Origin: an uncultured delta proteobacterium
Lineage (GTDB): Bacteria; Desulfobacterota; Binatia; Binatales; Binataceae
DNA: 64,000 bases
Assembly: GCA_963842085.1 (NCBI GenBank)
Contig: CAWJET010000002.1
Span: forward strand, 384,001 to 448,000
Direction: 5' to 3'
Every line of letters starts with the position of its first letter. Position 1 is the stretch's first letter. The position numbers and the translations under genes were made by a program. Below are positions 26,687 to 36,937 of this stretch, piece after piece. Under the pieces are notes generated by a model. That model searched no databases. It was not told where the DNA came from and saw only the letters and a program-made list of their open reading frames with translations.

Positions 26687-27680
26687 GACCGCCCATCATC
26701 CGCGTCACGGTTGCGACGATCGTCGAGGCTTGCGGCAGCGCGGCATCTTCGAGGTGCTTGGCGTAAGGCATCGGAACCTCGGCGCTGCAGATGCGCTCCA
26801 CCGGCAGGTCGAGTTCGTAGAACGCTCCCTCCATAATGCGCGCGCTGATCTCGGCCGAGATGCTGCCGCTGCGCCATCCTTCGTCGATAATCACGGCGCG
26901 ATGCGTGCGCTCGACCGAATCGAGAATCGTCTCGCTGTCGAGCGGCCGCAGCGTGCGCAGATCCACGACCTCCGCCTCGATCCCCGATGCAGCAAGTTGC
27001 TCGGCAGCTTGAATCGTCCTGCCGAGCGTGCCGCCGTAAGTGATCAGGCTTACGTCCGTGCCCGCGCGTCGTATCGCAGCCTTCGAGATCTCAACCGCGC
27101 CCGCATCGGCGGCCATCTCACCCTCCATGTTGTACAGCGTGCCGTGCTCGAAGATGAGCACCGGGTCGGGATCCTCGAGCGCCGTCCACAGCATGCCGCG
27201 CGCGTCTTCCAGAGTGGCCGGCGCGAGCACCTTGATGCCCGGAATATGCGCGTACCATCCCTCGAGGCTATGCGAATGCTGAGCGCCGAGCTGGCGCCCG
27301 GCGCCGGTGGTCATCCTGATCACGAGCGGGATGTTGATCTGACCGCCCGACATATAGAGGATTGTCGCCGCGTTGTTCACGATTTGGTCGAGCGCCAGCA
27401 GGCTGAAATTGACCGTCATGATTTCGACGATGGGCCGCATGCCGTTCATCGCCGCACCGATTCCCGCGCCGACAAACGCGGATTCGGAAAGCGGTGTGTC
27501 GCGGATGCGCTCGGGGCCGAATTCCTCGAGCAATCCCTTGCTCACGGCGTAGCAGCCGCCGTAGGCGCCGACATCTTCGCCCATCAGAAAGACGCGCGGA
27601 TCGCGGATGAGCGCGTCGCGGATCGCCTGGCGCATCGCCTCGCGATAAGTGATCTTCGCTTTCTGCGCGTCGGGACTCAC
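26679..27680 (-). CDS. pdhB: Pyruvate dehydrogenase-like E1 beta subunit
   Basis: MGEDVG, DTPLSE, GAQHSHS; GTG start overlaps the E1 alpha stop. Confidence 0.92.
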   Translation of the reverse strand: MSPDAQKAKITYREAMRQAIRDALIRDPRVFLMGEDVGAYGGCYAVSKGLLEEFGPERIRDTPLSESAFVGAGIGAAMNGMRPIVEIMTVNFSLLALDQIVNNAATILYMSGGQINIPLVIRMTTGAGRQLGAQHSHSLEGWYAHIPGIKVLAPATLEDARGMLWTALEDPDPVLIFEHGTLYNMEGEMAADAGAVEISKAAIRRAGTDVSLITYGGTLGRTIQAAEQLAASGIEAEVVDLRTLRPLDSETILDSVERTHRAVIIDEGWRSGSISAEISARIMEGAFYELDLPVERICSAEVPMPYAKHLEDAALPQASTIVATVTRMMGGHG

Positions 27681-28678
27681 GCCGGCGGCTCCCCTGAGTA
27701 CGAGAAGCGCGTCAGCTCTTCGATCGGCTCCCAAGTGCCGGCCTCGGCGAAAGCGACAGCCTTTTCGATCTCCGCTGCGGCCTCGTCTTCGATGCTCTTC
27801 AATTTCGCGTCATCGAGAACGCCTTGCGCTGTCAGGCGATTCTGAAAGGTTGCGATCGGATCGCGTTTCTTCCATTCCTCGACTTCGCGCTTGTCGCGAT
27901 AGAGCTGCGGATCGTACATCGAGTGCGCGCGAAAGCGATAAGTCCGGAATTCCAGGAAGCACGGTCCCTCGCCGGAGCGCACCGCGAGCGCGGCCCGCTG
28001 CGCGGCTTCCTCGCACGCGACGACGTCCATCCCATCGACCGGCCACGACGCCATTTCGTATGCCGCCGCCTTAAGGCTCAGATCGGTTTGCGACTGCGCG
28101 CGCTTGAGCGCCGTGCCCATCGCGTAAAGATTGTTCTCGCAACACAGCAGCACCGGGAGCTTCCACAACGCCGCCAGGTTCATGCATTCGTGAAACTCGC
28201 CCTCGGCCACCGCGCCGTCACCGAAGAAGCATGCGGTGACGCGAGCGCGATGTTGCAGCTTGTCGGCCAGCGCGAAACCGATCGCGAGCGGCAGCCCGCC
28301 ACCGACGATTGCGTTACCGCCATAGAATCGCGCCGCCGCGTCAAACAGATGCATCGAGCCGCCGCGCCCGCGGCTGCATCCTTCCTGCTTGCCGTACATC
28401 TCGGCCAGGATCGAGTCGGCCGAAACGCCGCGCAGCAGCGCGTGTCCGTGCTCGCGATAGGTCGCGACGACCGAGTCTTCCGGCGTCAACGCGCGCATCG
28501 CGCCGACCGCAACGGCTTCCTCGCCGATATAGAGATGGAGAAATCCGCGGATTTTGGCCGCGCTGTAAAGCTCGGCGGCTTTTTCTTCGAAGCGGCGGAC
28601 GCGGACCATGTCGCGCAGCAGCGCCAGCGCGTGCGCGGCGTCAACATTTTGGGTCGCGATGGTTGGTTGTAGCGCCAT
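27677..28678 (-). CDS. pdhA: Pyruvate dehydrogenase-like E1 alpha subunit
   Basis: [25 protein letters not shown]...ENN TPP motif, YRFRAHSM. Confidence 0.92.
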   Translation of the reverse strand: MALQPTIATQNVDAAHALALLRDMVRVRRFEEKAAELYSAAKIRGFLHLYIGEEAVAVGAMRALTPEDSVVATYREHGHALLRGVSADSILAEMYGKQEGCSRGRGGSMHLFDAAARFYGGNAIVGGGLPLAIGFALADKLQHRARVTACFFGDGAVAEGEFHECMNLAALWKLPVLLCCENNLYAMGTALKRAQSQTDLSLKAAAYEMASWPVDGMDVVACEEAAQRAALAVRSGEGPCFLEFRTYRFRAHSMYDPQLYRDKREVEEWKKRDPIATFQNRLTAQGVLDDAKLKSIEDEAAAEIEKAVAFAEAGTWEPIEELTRFSYSGEPPA

Positions 28679-28681
28679 GTT

Positions 28682-30445
28682 CTACGAACTCTCCAGCGTT
28701 GAGATGTCGCCCTCGGGCAGGCCGAGCTCGCGCGCCTTGAGCAGCCTGCGCATGATTTTTCCGCTGCGGGTCTTGGGCACGCTGGCGATGCAATCGATTT
28801 CCTTGGGCGCGACCACCGCGCCCAACCGCTTGCGCGCGAAGCCAAGCAGTTCGCTGCGAAGATCGTCGCTCCAGACGAACGACGGCTTGAGCGAGACGAA
28901 TGCCTTGACGATTTCACCGGCCATCGGGTCCGGCTTGCCGATGACCCCCGCCTCCGCGACCGCAGCATGCTCCAGGAGGGTGCTCTCGACTTCGAACGGC
29001 CCGATCAGATGACCCGACGATTTGATCACATCGTCGGCACGCCCAACGAACCAGTAGTAGCCATCGGCGTCGCGCCGCGCGAGGTCGCCAGTGAGATACC
29101 ATCCGCCCAGGAAGCATTTGCGATAGCGCTCGTCTTCATTCAGGTACCCGCGGAACATCGACGGCCAACCGGGCCGCAGCGCAAGTTCGCCCTCGACTCC
29201 AGCTTCGCGAATTTCCTCGACGGTGCCGTCCTTGAGGCGGCGAACGACGCCTGCCTCGATACCAGGAAGCGGGCGGCCCATCGAGCCCGGGCGAATGTCC
29301 ATGGCGGCGAAGTTTGAAATCATAATGCCGCCGGTTTCCGTTTGCCACCAATTGTCGTGAATCGGAAGGCCGAACGCTTCCTGTCCCCATACCACCGCCT
29401 CGGGATTGAGCGGCTCGCCGACGCTGGCGATGAAGCGCAGATGGCGAAGATCGTATTTGCGGATCACCCCGGTCCCGATTTTCATCATCATGCGGACCGC
29501 GGTCGGCGCGGTGTACCAGTTAGTGACCTTCTGCTGTTGCAGCAACGCGTACCATCGCTCCGCATCGAATTCCGCCTCGTCGATGATGCTGGTGATGCCA
29601 TTGGTGAGCGGCGCGATGATTCCGTACGACGTACCCGTGATCCATCCGGGATCGGCCGTGCACCAGAAAATATCGTCGGGATGAAAATCGAGCGCGAAGC
29701 GGCCGGTCACGTGATGCGCGACGACGGCCTGATGCACGTGCATCGCACCTTTGGGCTTGCCGGTGGTTCCGCTGGTGAAATGAAGCAGAGCGAGATCCTC
29801 GGGATCGGTCGGCGGGATGTCGAAATCGTTGCTCGCGTTGTCCATCAACTGGTGGAAATTCTCGGTATTTGGAATCTTGCGAATCTCTTCGGGACTGCCA
29901 ATCAGCAGCACGTGCCTGAGCCCGGGGAGCGAGGCGCGCAAGTCGGCGACTTTGCGTTTGTACAGCGCGACGGTGGTTACCAGCACGCGGCCGTCGCCGA
30001 TGCCGATGCGTTGACGAATCGGTTCCGGACCGAAGGCGGAGAAGAGGGGGCAAAAGACGTTGCCATTTTTCAGCGTCCCGAGCGCGCTGATATAGAGTTC
30101 GGGAATACGCCCAGACAGAAGAAACACCCGCTCGGCTTTGCTGAGACCGAGACCTCGCAGCACGTTCGCAAAGCGGTTGGTGAGGATGCGCAGGTCGGCA
30201 TAAGTGAAATCGCGCGTGTCGCCCGCCTTGCCGATCCATCGCAATGCCAAATGATTGCGGAGGGTACCGGCCGCGTGACGATCGATCGCCTCGTACGCGA
30301 TGTTCAGCCCGCGGCCGCCGGGCAGGCCGTCGAGTTCGCGCCGTGCCGCATCCCACGAAAATCCTGCGCAAACTTTCTCGTAGTCGAGGAGATTCGGGGC
30401 GACCGCCCATCCGCCTTTTGGCTTTTCGATGGTCCTATAGATCAT
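28682..30445 (-). CDS. acsA: Acetate--CoA ligase (AcsA-type adenylating enzyme)
   Basis: [47 protein letters not shown]. Confidence 0.92.
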   Translation of the reverse strand: MIYRTIEKPKGGWAVAPNLLDYEKVCAGFSWDAARRELDGLPGGRGLNIAYEAIDRHAAGTLRNHLALRWIGKAGDTRDFTYADLRILTNRFANVLRGLGLSKAERVFLLSGRIPELYISALGTLKNGNVFCPLFSAFGPEPIRQRIGIGDGRVLVTTVALYKRKVADLRASLPGLRHVLLIGSPEEIRKIPNTENFHQLMDNASNDFDIPPTDPEDLALLHFTSGTTGKPKGAMHVHQAVVAHHVTGRFALDFHPDDIFWCTADPGWITGTSYGIIAPLTNGITSIIDEAEFDAERWYALLQQQKVTNWYTAPTAVRMMMKIGTGVIRKYDLRHLRFIASVGEPLNPEAVVWGQEAFGLPIHDNWWQTETGGIMISNFAAMDIRPGSMGRPLPGIEAGVVRRLKDGTVEEIREAGVEGELALRPGWPSMFRGYLNEDERYRKCFLGGWYLTGDLARRDADGYYWFVGRADDVIKSSGHLIGPFEVESTLLEHAAVAEAGVIGKPDPMAGEIVKAFVSLKPSFVWSDDLRSELLGFARKRLGAVVAPKEIDCIASVPKTRSGKIMRRLLKARELGLPEGDISTLESS

Positions 30446-30456
30446 TCGAAAGACTA

Positions 30457-30472
30457 AGCTAGGAATGTGCCA
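30457..30472 (-). promoter_or_regulatory. sigma54 promoter of the acsA-pdhABC-acp operon
   Basis: Minus strand TGGCACATTCCTAGCT (GG-N10-GC). The predicted +1 falls at about the acsA ATG, suggesting a leaderless mRNA. Confidence 0.6.
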
Positions 30473-30840
30473 GCCCCGCGTTGAGGATTTGGTCGTTCAT
30501 AGAGGCGTGTAAGGAGCTTGGAGGTCGGTGTTGTACGCGAACGCAGCCCCGAACGACTGTGAAGCTCCGGCGTCGCGGCCTTTTAGATCACTTCTGTATC
30601 CTTCGGAGACAGCTTATGTGAGGCGTAAGGCGACAGGTGCCCCGCATTTCCTTTGATCGGTCGCGACTGAGAAAGCCCCCGGAAATATTATGACAGACAG
30701 CTCAGATCGTTAGTGCCGAGATTGGCATCTCCAAAACCAGCACGCCTGATGCTCTGCCAAAAGATCAAATGCCGATCGCGGGTGAGCTCACATGATAGAG
30801 CGCGGATTGACCTGGCGTCACCTCGGCAGCAATCGCGAAT

Positions 30841-31848
30841 TCAGAGCTTGCTCGCGATGTAGCCAGTCACATCGACCAGGCGGTTCGCATAGCCCCACTC
30901 ATTGTCGTACCAGGCGAACACCTTGGCGAGGCGCCCTCCGATCACCTTGGTCAAAGGCGAGTCGAGAATCGAAGAGCTGGGGTTGCCGTTGAAATCGCTC
31001 GATACCAGCGGCTCCTCGCAATACTCCAGGATTCCCTTTAGCTCTCCTTCCGCCGCTGTCTTCATCGCGAGGTTAATCGCCTTGCTGTCGGCATCGCGTT
31101 CGAGCAATGCACAGAGATCGACCAGCGACACGTTTGGGGTCGGCACTCGCACCGCGATTCCGTCCAGCTTCCCTTTCAGCGCGGGGATGACCAACCCGAT
31201 CGCGCGCGCGGCCCCGGTCGAAGTCGGTATCATCGACATCGCGGCGGCGCGCGCCCTGCGCGGATCCTTGTGCGGCGCGTCGAGCAATTTCTGATCGTTC
31301 GTATAGGCGTGCACCGTGGTCATCAGTCCATGCACGATGCCGAAATTCTCGTGCAGAACCTTTGCGATGGGGGCCAGGCAGTTGGTCGTACACGATGCAT
31401 TCGAGACGATCTCATGCTTCTTGGGGTCATAGTCGCGCTGGTTAACCCCCATGCAGAGTGTCGCGTCCGCCCCCTCGCCGGGCGCGCTCAGGACGACCTT
31501 TTTCGCGCCGGCACTCAGATGTGCCGCCGCCTTGTCCCGCGAGGTGAAATGTCCGCTCGACTCGACCACCAGCTGTACGCCGAGCCGCGACCATGGCAAC
31601 CGCGCCGGATCATGCTATGAGAGCGCTTCGAACGAGTGCCCGTTCACCATCACGTGCGAACCCTCGACCTTGACTTGCTCCGAAAGCGTTCCATGCACGG
31701 AATCGTATTTGAGCAAACGGCTCAGGTTTTCAGCGCTGGTCACGTCATTGACCGCCACGATTTCAAACGAAGCACGTTTCTGAATCGCCGCGCGATAAAA
31801 CATCCTGCCCGTGCGGCCGAAGCCGTTGATCCCAACTCGAATTGCCAT
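30841..31848 (-). pseudogene. gap: Glyceraldehyde-3-phosphate dehydrogenase with a single in-frame TAG at codon 78
   Basis: MAIRVGINGFGR...FEALS, TAG (31615-31617), then HDPARLPW...ASCTTNCL...WYDNEWGY. Both halves are in the same frame, 336 codons in total. Confidence 0.9.
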
Positions 31849-31879
31849 AGTACACCTCCAAAATGATGCGAACTGAAAG

Positions 31880-31895
31880 AGCATTGAATATGCCA
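31880..31895 (-). promoter_or_regulatory. sigma54 promoter of gap
   Basis: Minus strand TGGCATATTCAATGCT (GG-N10-GC), 31 bp upstream of the gap ATG; GGAGG RBS present. Confidence 0.6.
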
Positions 31896-32105
31896 GTCGT
31901 GTTTGAGAGGGCATCTTCTGGTCCTGCCTGGGGATTTCTGCTGCATGGGTTTTGCTTCGTGACCGGGGTAGGACGGCCATCGGCAACTGCACCAATGGCA
32001 CTTTCGGACGTTCACTGAGTCGATACGCAGCATAGGTGATGAGGCCCGTGGTGCGATCGGCTACACCTCTTGGCGGTGTTTAAGTCTCTGTCGCGTGAAA
32101 TTGGA

Positions 32106-32121
32106 TGGCCCATTGCTTGCT
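32106..32121 (+). promoter_or_regulatory. sigma54 promoter of the DksA/TraR-like gene
   Basis: TGGCCCATTGCTTGCT (GG-N10-GC with TTGC). Confidence 0.6.
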
Positions 32122-32150
32122 GCAAGAAGACGTGAAGATCGAAACAGGCT

Positions 32151-32789
32151 ATGTTCGGGAGTGGCTGGACGAATAATGCGAGACGAAATCGGAGAGTGGG
32201 GAAGATGATTCGCGAACTAAATTCCTACCATGCGGAAGGCCGTGAAAGCCTTCGAGAAATGCTGACCCGGCTCCAGAAGGAAACCTATCAGAGAATAGAA
32301 GAGCTCCGACGAGATCAGCAGCAGGAGGCCGATTCAGAGCCGGCCGACGTGGAGGATTCGGCGCGTACAAGCGAAGAGATCGAAACTCATGCAGGACTAA
32401 TCGCGCGCGCGGAAGAGAAACTCAGGTACCTCGATGAAGCGGTCACACGCCTTGATGCCGGCAAGTACGGCCGATGCCTCAAATGCAAAGACCTGATTCC
32501 GATCGAGCGTCTGATGGCGATTCCCTTCGCATCGTACTGTGTCGACTGCCAGCAACAACTCCATCGCGCGAGGGGCGGCTGGGGCGAAGGAACGACGATT
32601 GCGCCGTTCGATCAGCAATGGACCCTGCCTGAAGAAATGGAGGCCCCGACGGAACGCCAATATCAGACCACCGATCCCGAAGAACAGTTGACGATTTCTG
32701 CGCGTGAACCACTCGCATCGGGCGAGCCTGAGAACCAGGCGAAGCGCAAGTCGTCGCGGAATAAGCGGACCCCCGAGCGCAAGAGATAG
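32151..32789 (+). CDS. DksA/TraR C4-type zinc finger protein
   Basis: Coiled-coil tip DVEDSA; YGRCLKC...IPIERLMAIPFASYCVDC. The start could be GTG 32196. Confidence 0.88.
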   Translation: MFGSGWTNNARRNRRVGKMIRELNSYHAEGRESLREMLTRLQKETYQRIEELRRDQQQEADSEPADVEDSARTSEEIETHAGLIARAEEKLRYLDEAVTRLDAGKYGRCLKCKDLIPIERLMAIPFASYCVDCQQQLHRARGGWGEGTTIAPFDQQWTLPEEMEAPTERQYQTTDPEEQLTISAREPLASGEPENQAKRKSSRNKRTPERKR

Positions 32790-32898
32790 GCCCAGCATTT
32801 CATCCCGATGATGGAAGTGGGGGCGAGGGCGTTCTGTTGCTGTCGCTATTTCACTCTAGTGTTGCTCAGCGGAGCCGCACGTCGCGGGCCTGATATTC

Positions 32899-32970
32899 TG
32901 CCCCGGCCGGGAATCGAACCCGGACCTGAGGTTCCGGAGACCTCCGTGATGTCCTTTTCACTACCGGGGC
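32899..32970 (-). tRNA. tRNA-Arg(CCG)
   Basis: GCCCCGG acceptor stem, anticodon arm GAGGT-CT-CCG-GA-ACCTC, T-loop GGTTCGATTCC; CCA not encoded. Confidence 0.92.
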
Positions 32971-33068
32971 GACGGATGCGGCAAAAGACAGAACTATATG
33001 AGCAACAGGCGGCGGACAAGGCGAGCGATCGTTGATCGCTGCGTCGCGCACGCGCCAACATTGTCGCG

Positions 33069-33869
33069 ATGACCGCGAGCGATATTTCCGATTCCGCGCG
33101 GCTTCTGCGCGAGCAATACAAGGACGGCTCCAACCTCTCGGCTCGCATCCGGCTCCATCAGCGCTTCAGCACCAATCGCTACGGGCTGATGCGCTGGATG
33201 TTCGATCGGGTTCGGCTTCCTGAAAACGCGAATGTGCTCGAGCTCGGCTGCGGCACCGGCATATTGTGGCGCAGCTCGGTGCAGGTTCCCGACGGCTGGC
33301 GCGTGAATTTGACCGATATGTCGGGCGGGATGCTGCGCGAAACGCGCGCCAATCTCGCGCGGCTGGGCCGTTCGTTCGCCTACATGCAGGCCGACGCGCA
33401 GGCGCTACCGTTTCGCGACGAATCGTTCGACGCGGTGATCGCGAATCACATGCTCTATCACGTGCGCGATATTCCGGCCGCGCTGGCCGAAGCTCGGCGC
33501 GTGCTAAAGCCCGGGGGTTTCTGCTACGCGGCGACGATGGGACACGCGAACATGCGCGAGCTGGACGATCTCGCGGCGCGCCTTTTCTCGCTCCCGCGAT
33601 TGACGGAATCGGCTGCGCGGTTTGGCCTCGAGAGTGGCGAGGTCTACATGCGCCGCACCTTCAGCGAGGTCAAGCTCGAACGCTACCCCGATTCGCTGGT
33701 CGTAACCGAAGCCGTGCCGCTGATGGACTACATCTGCTCGATGCGCGTGCGGAGCCGCGTCACCGACGAACAGATTGCGGCACTGCGCACGCACATCGAA
33801 AACGAAATCGCGGCGCGCGGCGAACTTCGAATCACCAAGGATTCGGGGATGTTCATCGCGCGGCGCTAG
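33069..33869 (+). CDS. Class I SAM-dependent methyltransferase
   Basis: VLELGCGTG, DAQALPF, FDAVIANHMLYH, RVLKPGG. Confidence 0.9.
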   Translation: MTASDISDSARLLREQYKDGSNLSARIRLHQRFSTNRYGLMRWMFDRVRLPENANVLELGCGTGILWRSSVQVPDGWRVNLTDMSGGMLRETRANLARLGRSFAYMQADAQALPFRDESFDAVIANHMLYHVRDIPAALAEARRVLKPGGFCYAATMGHANMRELDDLAARLFSLPRLTESAARFGLESGEVYMRRTFSEVKLERYPDSLVVTEAVPLMDYICSMRVRSRVTDEQIAALRTHIENEIAARGELRITKDSGMFIARR

Positions 33870-34727
33870 TCAGTACAGAATCGACGGGATGAACGGGAAG
33901 CGCGGTTCGTTGTAGAGGCCGACGGTCATCAGCGTCATCTGCTGCATCAGGCGCAGGCCTTTACCGTAGCACCATCGCAGCAAGTCACCGTTGCGCGACG
34001 GGATCAGGGGGCCGCAGCCGAGAAATTCCGGCGCCGCCGAAATCAGCGCTTTGAGTTCTTCATTCGATTCGCCGACCGCATGGCCTGCGTATCCGATCGC
34101 GGTCGCATAGCCGGTGATGCGGCCGAGATGCTCGACGACGTTCGCCGTCCGAGCCGCGATGCCGTCGCGCAATTCGCGGCCGCGATCGTGTCCATGCACC
34201 GCGAAGTGGAGCCGGTTACATGCGGCGAGATCGGCGTCGGTGGCGGCGCGAACCTTGTAGCCGGGGATCGATTCGTTGATCGGCGGCCCGACCATCACAG
34301 ACAGCGGCTCGCGGATTTCGAAGCCGAGCTTGGCGTAGAGGCTGAAGGATCGATTGTGATAGGCCGACTGCACCAGCCGGATGCCGGGGTACCGATTGGC
34401 GGCGGCGCGATCGAGCAGGTGCTGCATCATTACGCGGCCGGCGCCGCTGTTCTGCACGTCGGGATCGACGCTAATCGGACCGACGCCGGTGATCGGCGCG
34501 CGCTCATCGAGGAAGTTGCTGCCGGCGATGCGTCCGTTGAGCTCGGTGACGATTCCATAGAAGCCGGGGTTGGAAATCATGCCGCCGATCATGCCGGTGG
34601 CGGCGGCGACGTCGGGAAACTCGTGCGGGAAGTTGTACTGGTCGGCGACGGCGCAGAACGCGCGGTGGCAAATCTCGCCGCAGATCTCGATATCTTCGCG
34701 ATTGGCGCGTCGAATCTGTACGTCCAT
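33870..34727 (-). CDS. GNAT family acetyltransferase
   Basis: VGPISVDPDVQNSGAGRVMM; LYAKLGF. Confidence 0.85.
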   Translation of the reverse strand: MDVQIRRANREDIEICGEICHRAFCAVADQYNFPHEFPDVAAATGMIGGMISNPGFYGIVTELNGRIAGSNFLDERAPITGVGPISVDPDVQNSGAGRVMMQHLLDRAAANRYPGIRLVQSAYHNRSFSLYAKLGFEIREPLSVMVGPPINESIPGYKVRAATDADLAACNRLHFAVHGHDRGRELRDGIAARTANVVEHLGRITGYATAIGYAGHAVGESNEELKALISAAPEFLGCGPLIPSRNGDLLRWCYGKGLRLMQQMTLMTVGLYNEPRFPFIPSILY

Positions 34728-34757
34728 TGGGCATCCTCCCAGAATCGAGTTGGACTT

Positions 34758-35591
34758 CTATGCGGAGGCCTTGGTCTCGCGCAACATCTCGGCGTGGCGG
34801 CGGTCGGCCTCGGGCCGGGTCTGTGCGATCGTTTCGACCAGCTCGTTGTGGAGCCGCCCGTTGGTCGCCACGATATTCGCGCCGCCAAGGTCGAGCTCGG
34901 AGCCGTCCATGTTGGACGCGCGCCCGCGTGCTTCCTCGACGATCAATGCGCCCGCCGCCACGTCCCAGGGGCGAAGCCCGAATTCCCAGAATCCGTCGGT
35001 GCGGCCGGCTGCGACGTAGGCGAGGTCGAGCGCGGCTGACCCTGTTCGCCGCACGCCTTGTGAGCGCATCACGAGCTCTTCCCAAAAGCACAGGTAGAAG
35101 CGCCGGCGCTCGCGCCGGTCGTACGCGAATCCGGTGCAGAGCAGGGCGGAGCAGAGGTTCGGTGTCGCGCTCACGTGAATCGGCTTGCCGTTGAGGCGCG
35201 CGCCCTGTCCGCGATGGGCGATGAACGTTTCTTTTTTGAGCGCGTCGAAGACCACGCCGAACTGCACGCGGCCGCGCCGCTCGTACGCGATCGACACACA
35301 GAATTGCGGATAGCCGTGCGCGAAGTTGGTGGTGCCGTCGAGCGGGTCGATGATCCATCGATGGTCGCTTTGATGCACGCTGGCGCCGCTTTCCTCGGCA
35401 AGGATCGCGTGGGTCGGAAATGCGCGATGGATCACTTCGATGATCGCCGCTTCCGATTCGCGGTCGGCTTCGGTCACGAGATCGATCGAGTTCGACTTGC
35501 GGTTGATGGTTATGCGGCTGAGCCGTTTGAGATGGATTCTGCCGGCGGCACGCGCAGCGCGGAGCGCAACCTGTTCGATTTCATTGATCAC
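34758..35591 (-). CDS. suhB: Inositol monophosphatase family protein
   Basis: DLVTEAD, WIIDPLDGTTNFAHG, RRTGSAALDL, WDVAAG. Confidence 0.9.
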   Translation of the reverse strand: MINEIEQVALRAARAAGRIHLKRLSRITINRKSNSIDLVTEADRESEAAIIEVIHRAFPTHAILAEESGASVHQSDHRWIIDPLDGTTNFAHGYPQFCVSIAYERRGRVQFGVVFDALKKETFIAHRGQGARLNGKPIHVSATPNLCSALLCTGFAYDRRERRRFYLCFWEELVMRSQGVRRTGSAALDLAYVAAGRTDGFWEFGLRPWDVAAGALIVEEARGRASNMDGSELDLGGANIVATNGRLHNELVETIAQTRPEADRRHAEMLRETKASA

Positions 35592-35682
35592 GATTCAGGA
35601 AACTATTACTCGGGGGGAGAGTCGTCCAGCGCCGAGCGCAGATCAATCGACAATCGACGCGGCTCGACCCCATCTCGCCGTC

Positions 35683-36861
35683 TTACCAGCGCGGCGTCTC
35701 GGCCAGGCCGATGCCGAGCGCGACCTTGCCGAGCAGCTCGCGTGCGCGCGCGTTGGACAGGGGATGATTGGGGCCGGCGCGGACGTCGCGGTAGTAGCGC
35801 TCCATCGGAAATTTTTTCAGCATCCCGTGCGCGCCGACCACCTCCATGCAGTAATCGACCGCGCGGATCGCGTTGTTGGTCGCGACATATTTCGGCATCA
35901 CGACGCGCGCCAGTCCCGCTTCGCCCTTGAATGAATCGCGTTCGCGAAGGTAGTCGCGGGCGACGCCCAGATAGAGCGCGCGCGATTGCGCGATCAGTGC
36001 TTCGGCCTCGGCGATGGCGAATTGAATGCCGGGAAGATATTTGATCGTGCGCGGCTGCGTGAGCGGTTTCAGGCGGCCGGCAAACTCCTTGGCGAACTTC
36101 AGCGCCGCGATCGCCACGCCGGTGTAGGTCGCGGCGACGGAAATGCCGAACCATGCGAACAGCGAAATCGCCTGGTCGTTGACCGGGCCGATAGGCCGCG
36201 ACTCGGCCATCGCGATCGCCGGCACGCGGACGTCTTTGATCACCAGGTCGTGGCTGGCAGTCGCCCGCATCCCCATCGCGTCCCAGGTCTCGACCAGCTC
36301 GAAGCCGGGAGTGCCGCGCGGCACGACGAAGGTGGCCGAGGCGGGCGGATTCGAGCCCTCGATCGTCGCCATCACCATGAACAGATCGATCACGGGCGAG
36401 AGGCTGGTGAAGGTTTTGCGGCCGTTGAGAACGTAGGTCTCGCCGTCGCGGCGCGCGCGGGTCGCAAAGTAGCCCCAATCGCCGCCGGTCTCGGGTTCGC
36501 TGATGCCGCCGCCGAGGATTTGGTGGCCGCGCCCGATTACGTCGAAGAACAATTCCTCCTGCGGGCGGCCGGTGGCGCGCTCGACCATGCTGCCGATGCC
36601 GAACAGGTGCATGTTGATTGCGATCGTGGTCGCGGCGCAGCCCTGCGCGAGCTGCTCCTGGCAGAGCGCAAAATCCTCGAGGTCGGCGCCGAGCCCGCCG
36701 AATCTTTCGGGAACGACGAGCGCGGTGTATCCAGCCGCCTTCATTTTGTCGACGTTTTCGACCGGGAATGAATTGGCGCGGTCGTGTTCGCCGGCGCGCG
36801 TGGCAAAGTCGGCTGCCAGCTCCGCCGCGAGCGGCACAAGTTTATTGCTTCGATCAGACAT
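35683..36861 (-). CDS. Acyl-CoA dehydrogenase family protein
   Basis: SEPETGGD, LNGRKTFTS, WDAMGMRATASH, MERYYRDVR. Confidence 0.88.
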   Translation of the reverse strand: MSDRSNKLVPLAAELAADFATRAGEHDRANSFPVENVDKMKAAGYTALVVPERFGGLGADLEDFALCQEQLAQGCAATTIAINMHLFGIGSMVERATGRPQEELFFDVIGRGHQILGGGISEPETGGDWGYFATRARRDGETYVLNGRKTFTSLSPVIDLFMVMATIEGSNPPASATFVVPRGTPGFELVETWDAMGMRATASHDLVIKDVRVPAIAMAESRPIGPVNDQAISLFAWFGISVAATYTGVAIAALKFAKEFAGRLKPLTQPRTIKYLPGIQFAIAEAEALIAQSRALYLGVARDYLRERDSFKGEAGLARVVMPKYVATNNAIRAVDYCMEVVGAHGMLKKFPMERYYRDVRAGPNHPLSNARARELLGKVALGIGLAETPRW

Positions 36862-36937
36862 CAGATGGACTCCGCATCGAAAATTGCACGGGCAAACAGT
36901 GCCATGAAAGAGGCGCGCGAAGAAACCAGCGAAAAGA

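Noticed and set aside
26118-27845. Long alternative-frame ORFs (also 10416-12035, 36989-38359, 42569-44116, 51329-53065, 55336-56682)
   Set aside because: These are antisense shadows of well-supported genes, as expected in high-GC DNA.
23716-32898. Genomic island integrated at tRNA-Arg
   Set aside because: The region lies at the tRNA 3' end and next to a truncated gene, but I found no integrase and no duplicated tRNA 3' (att) sequence.
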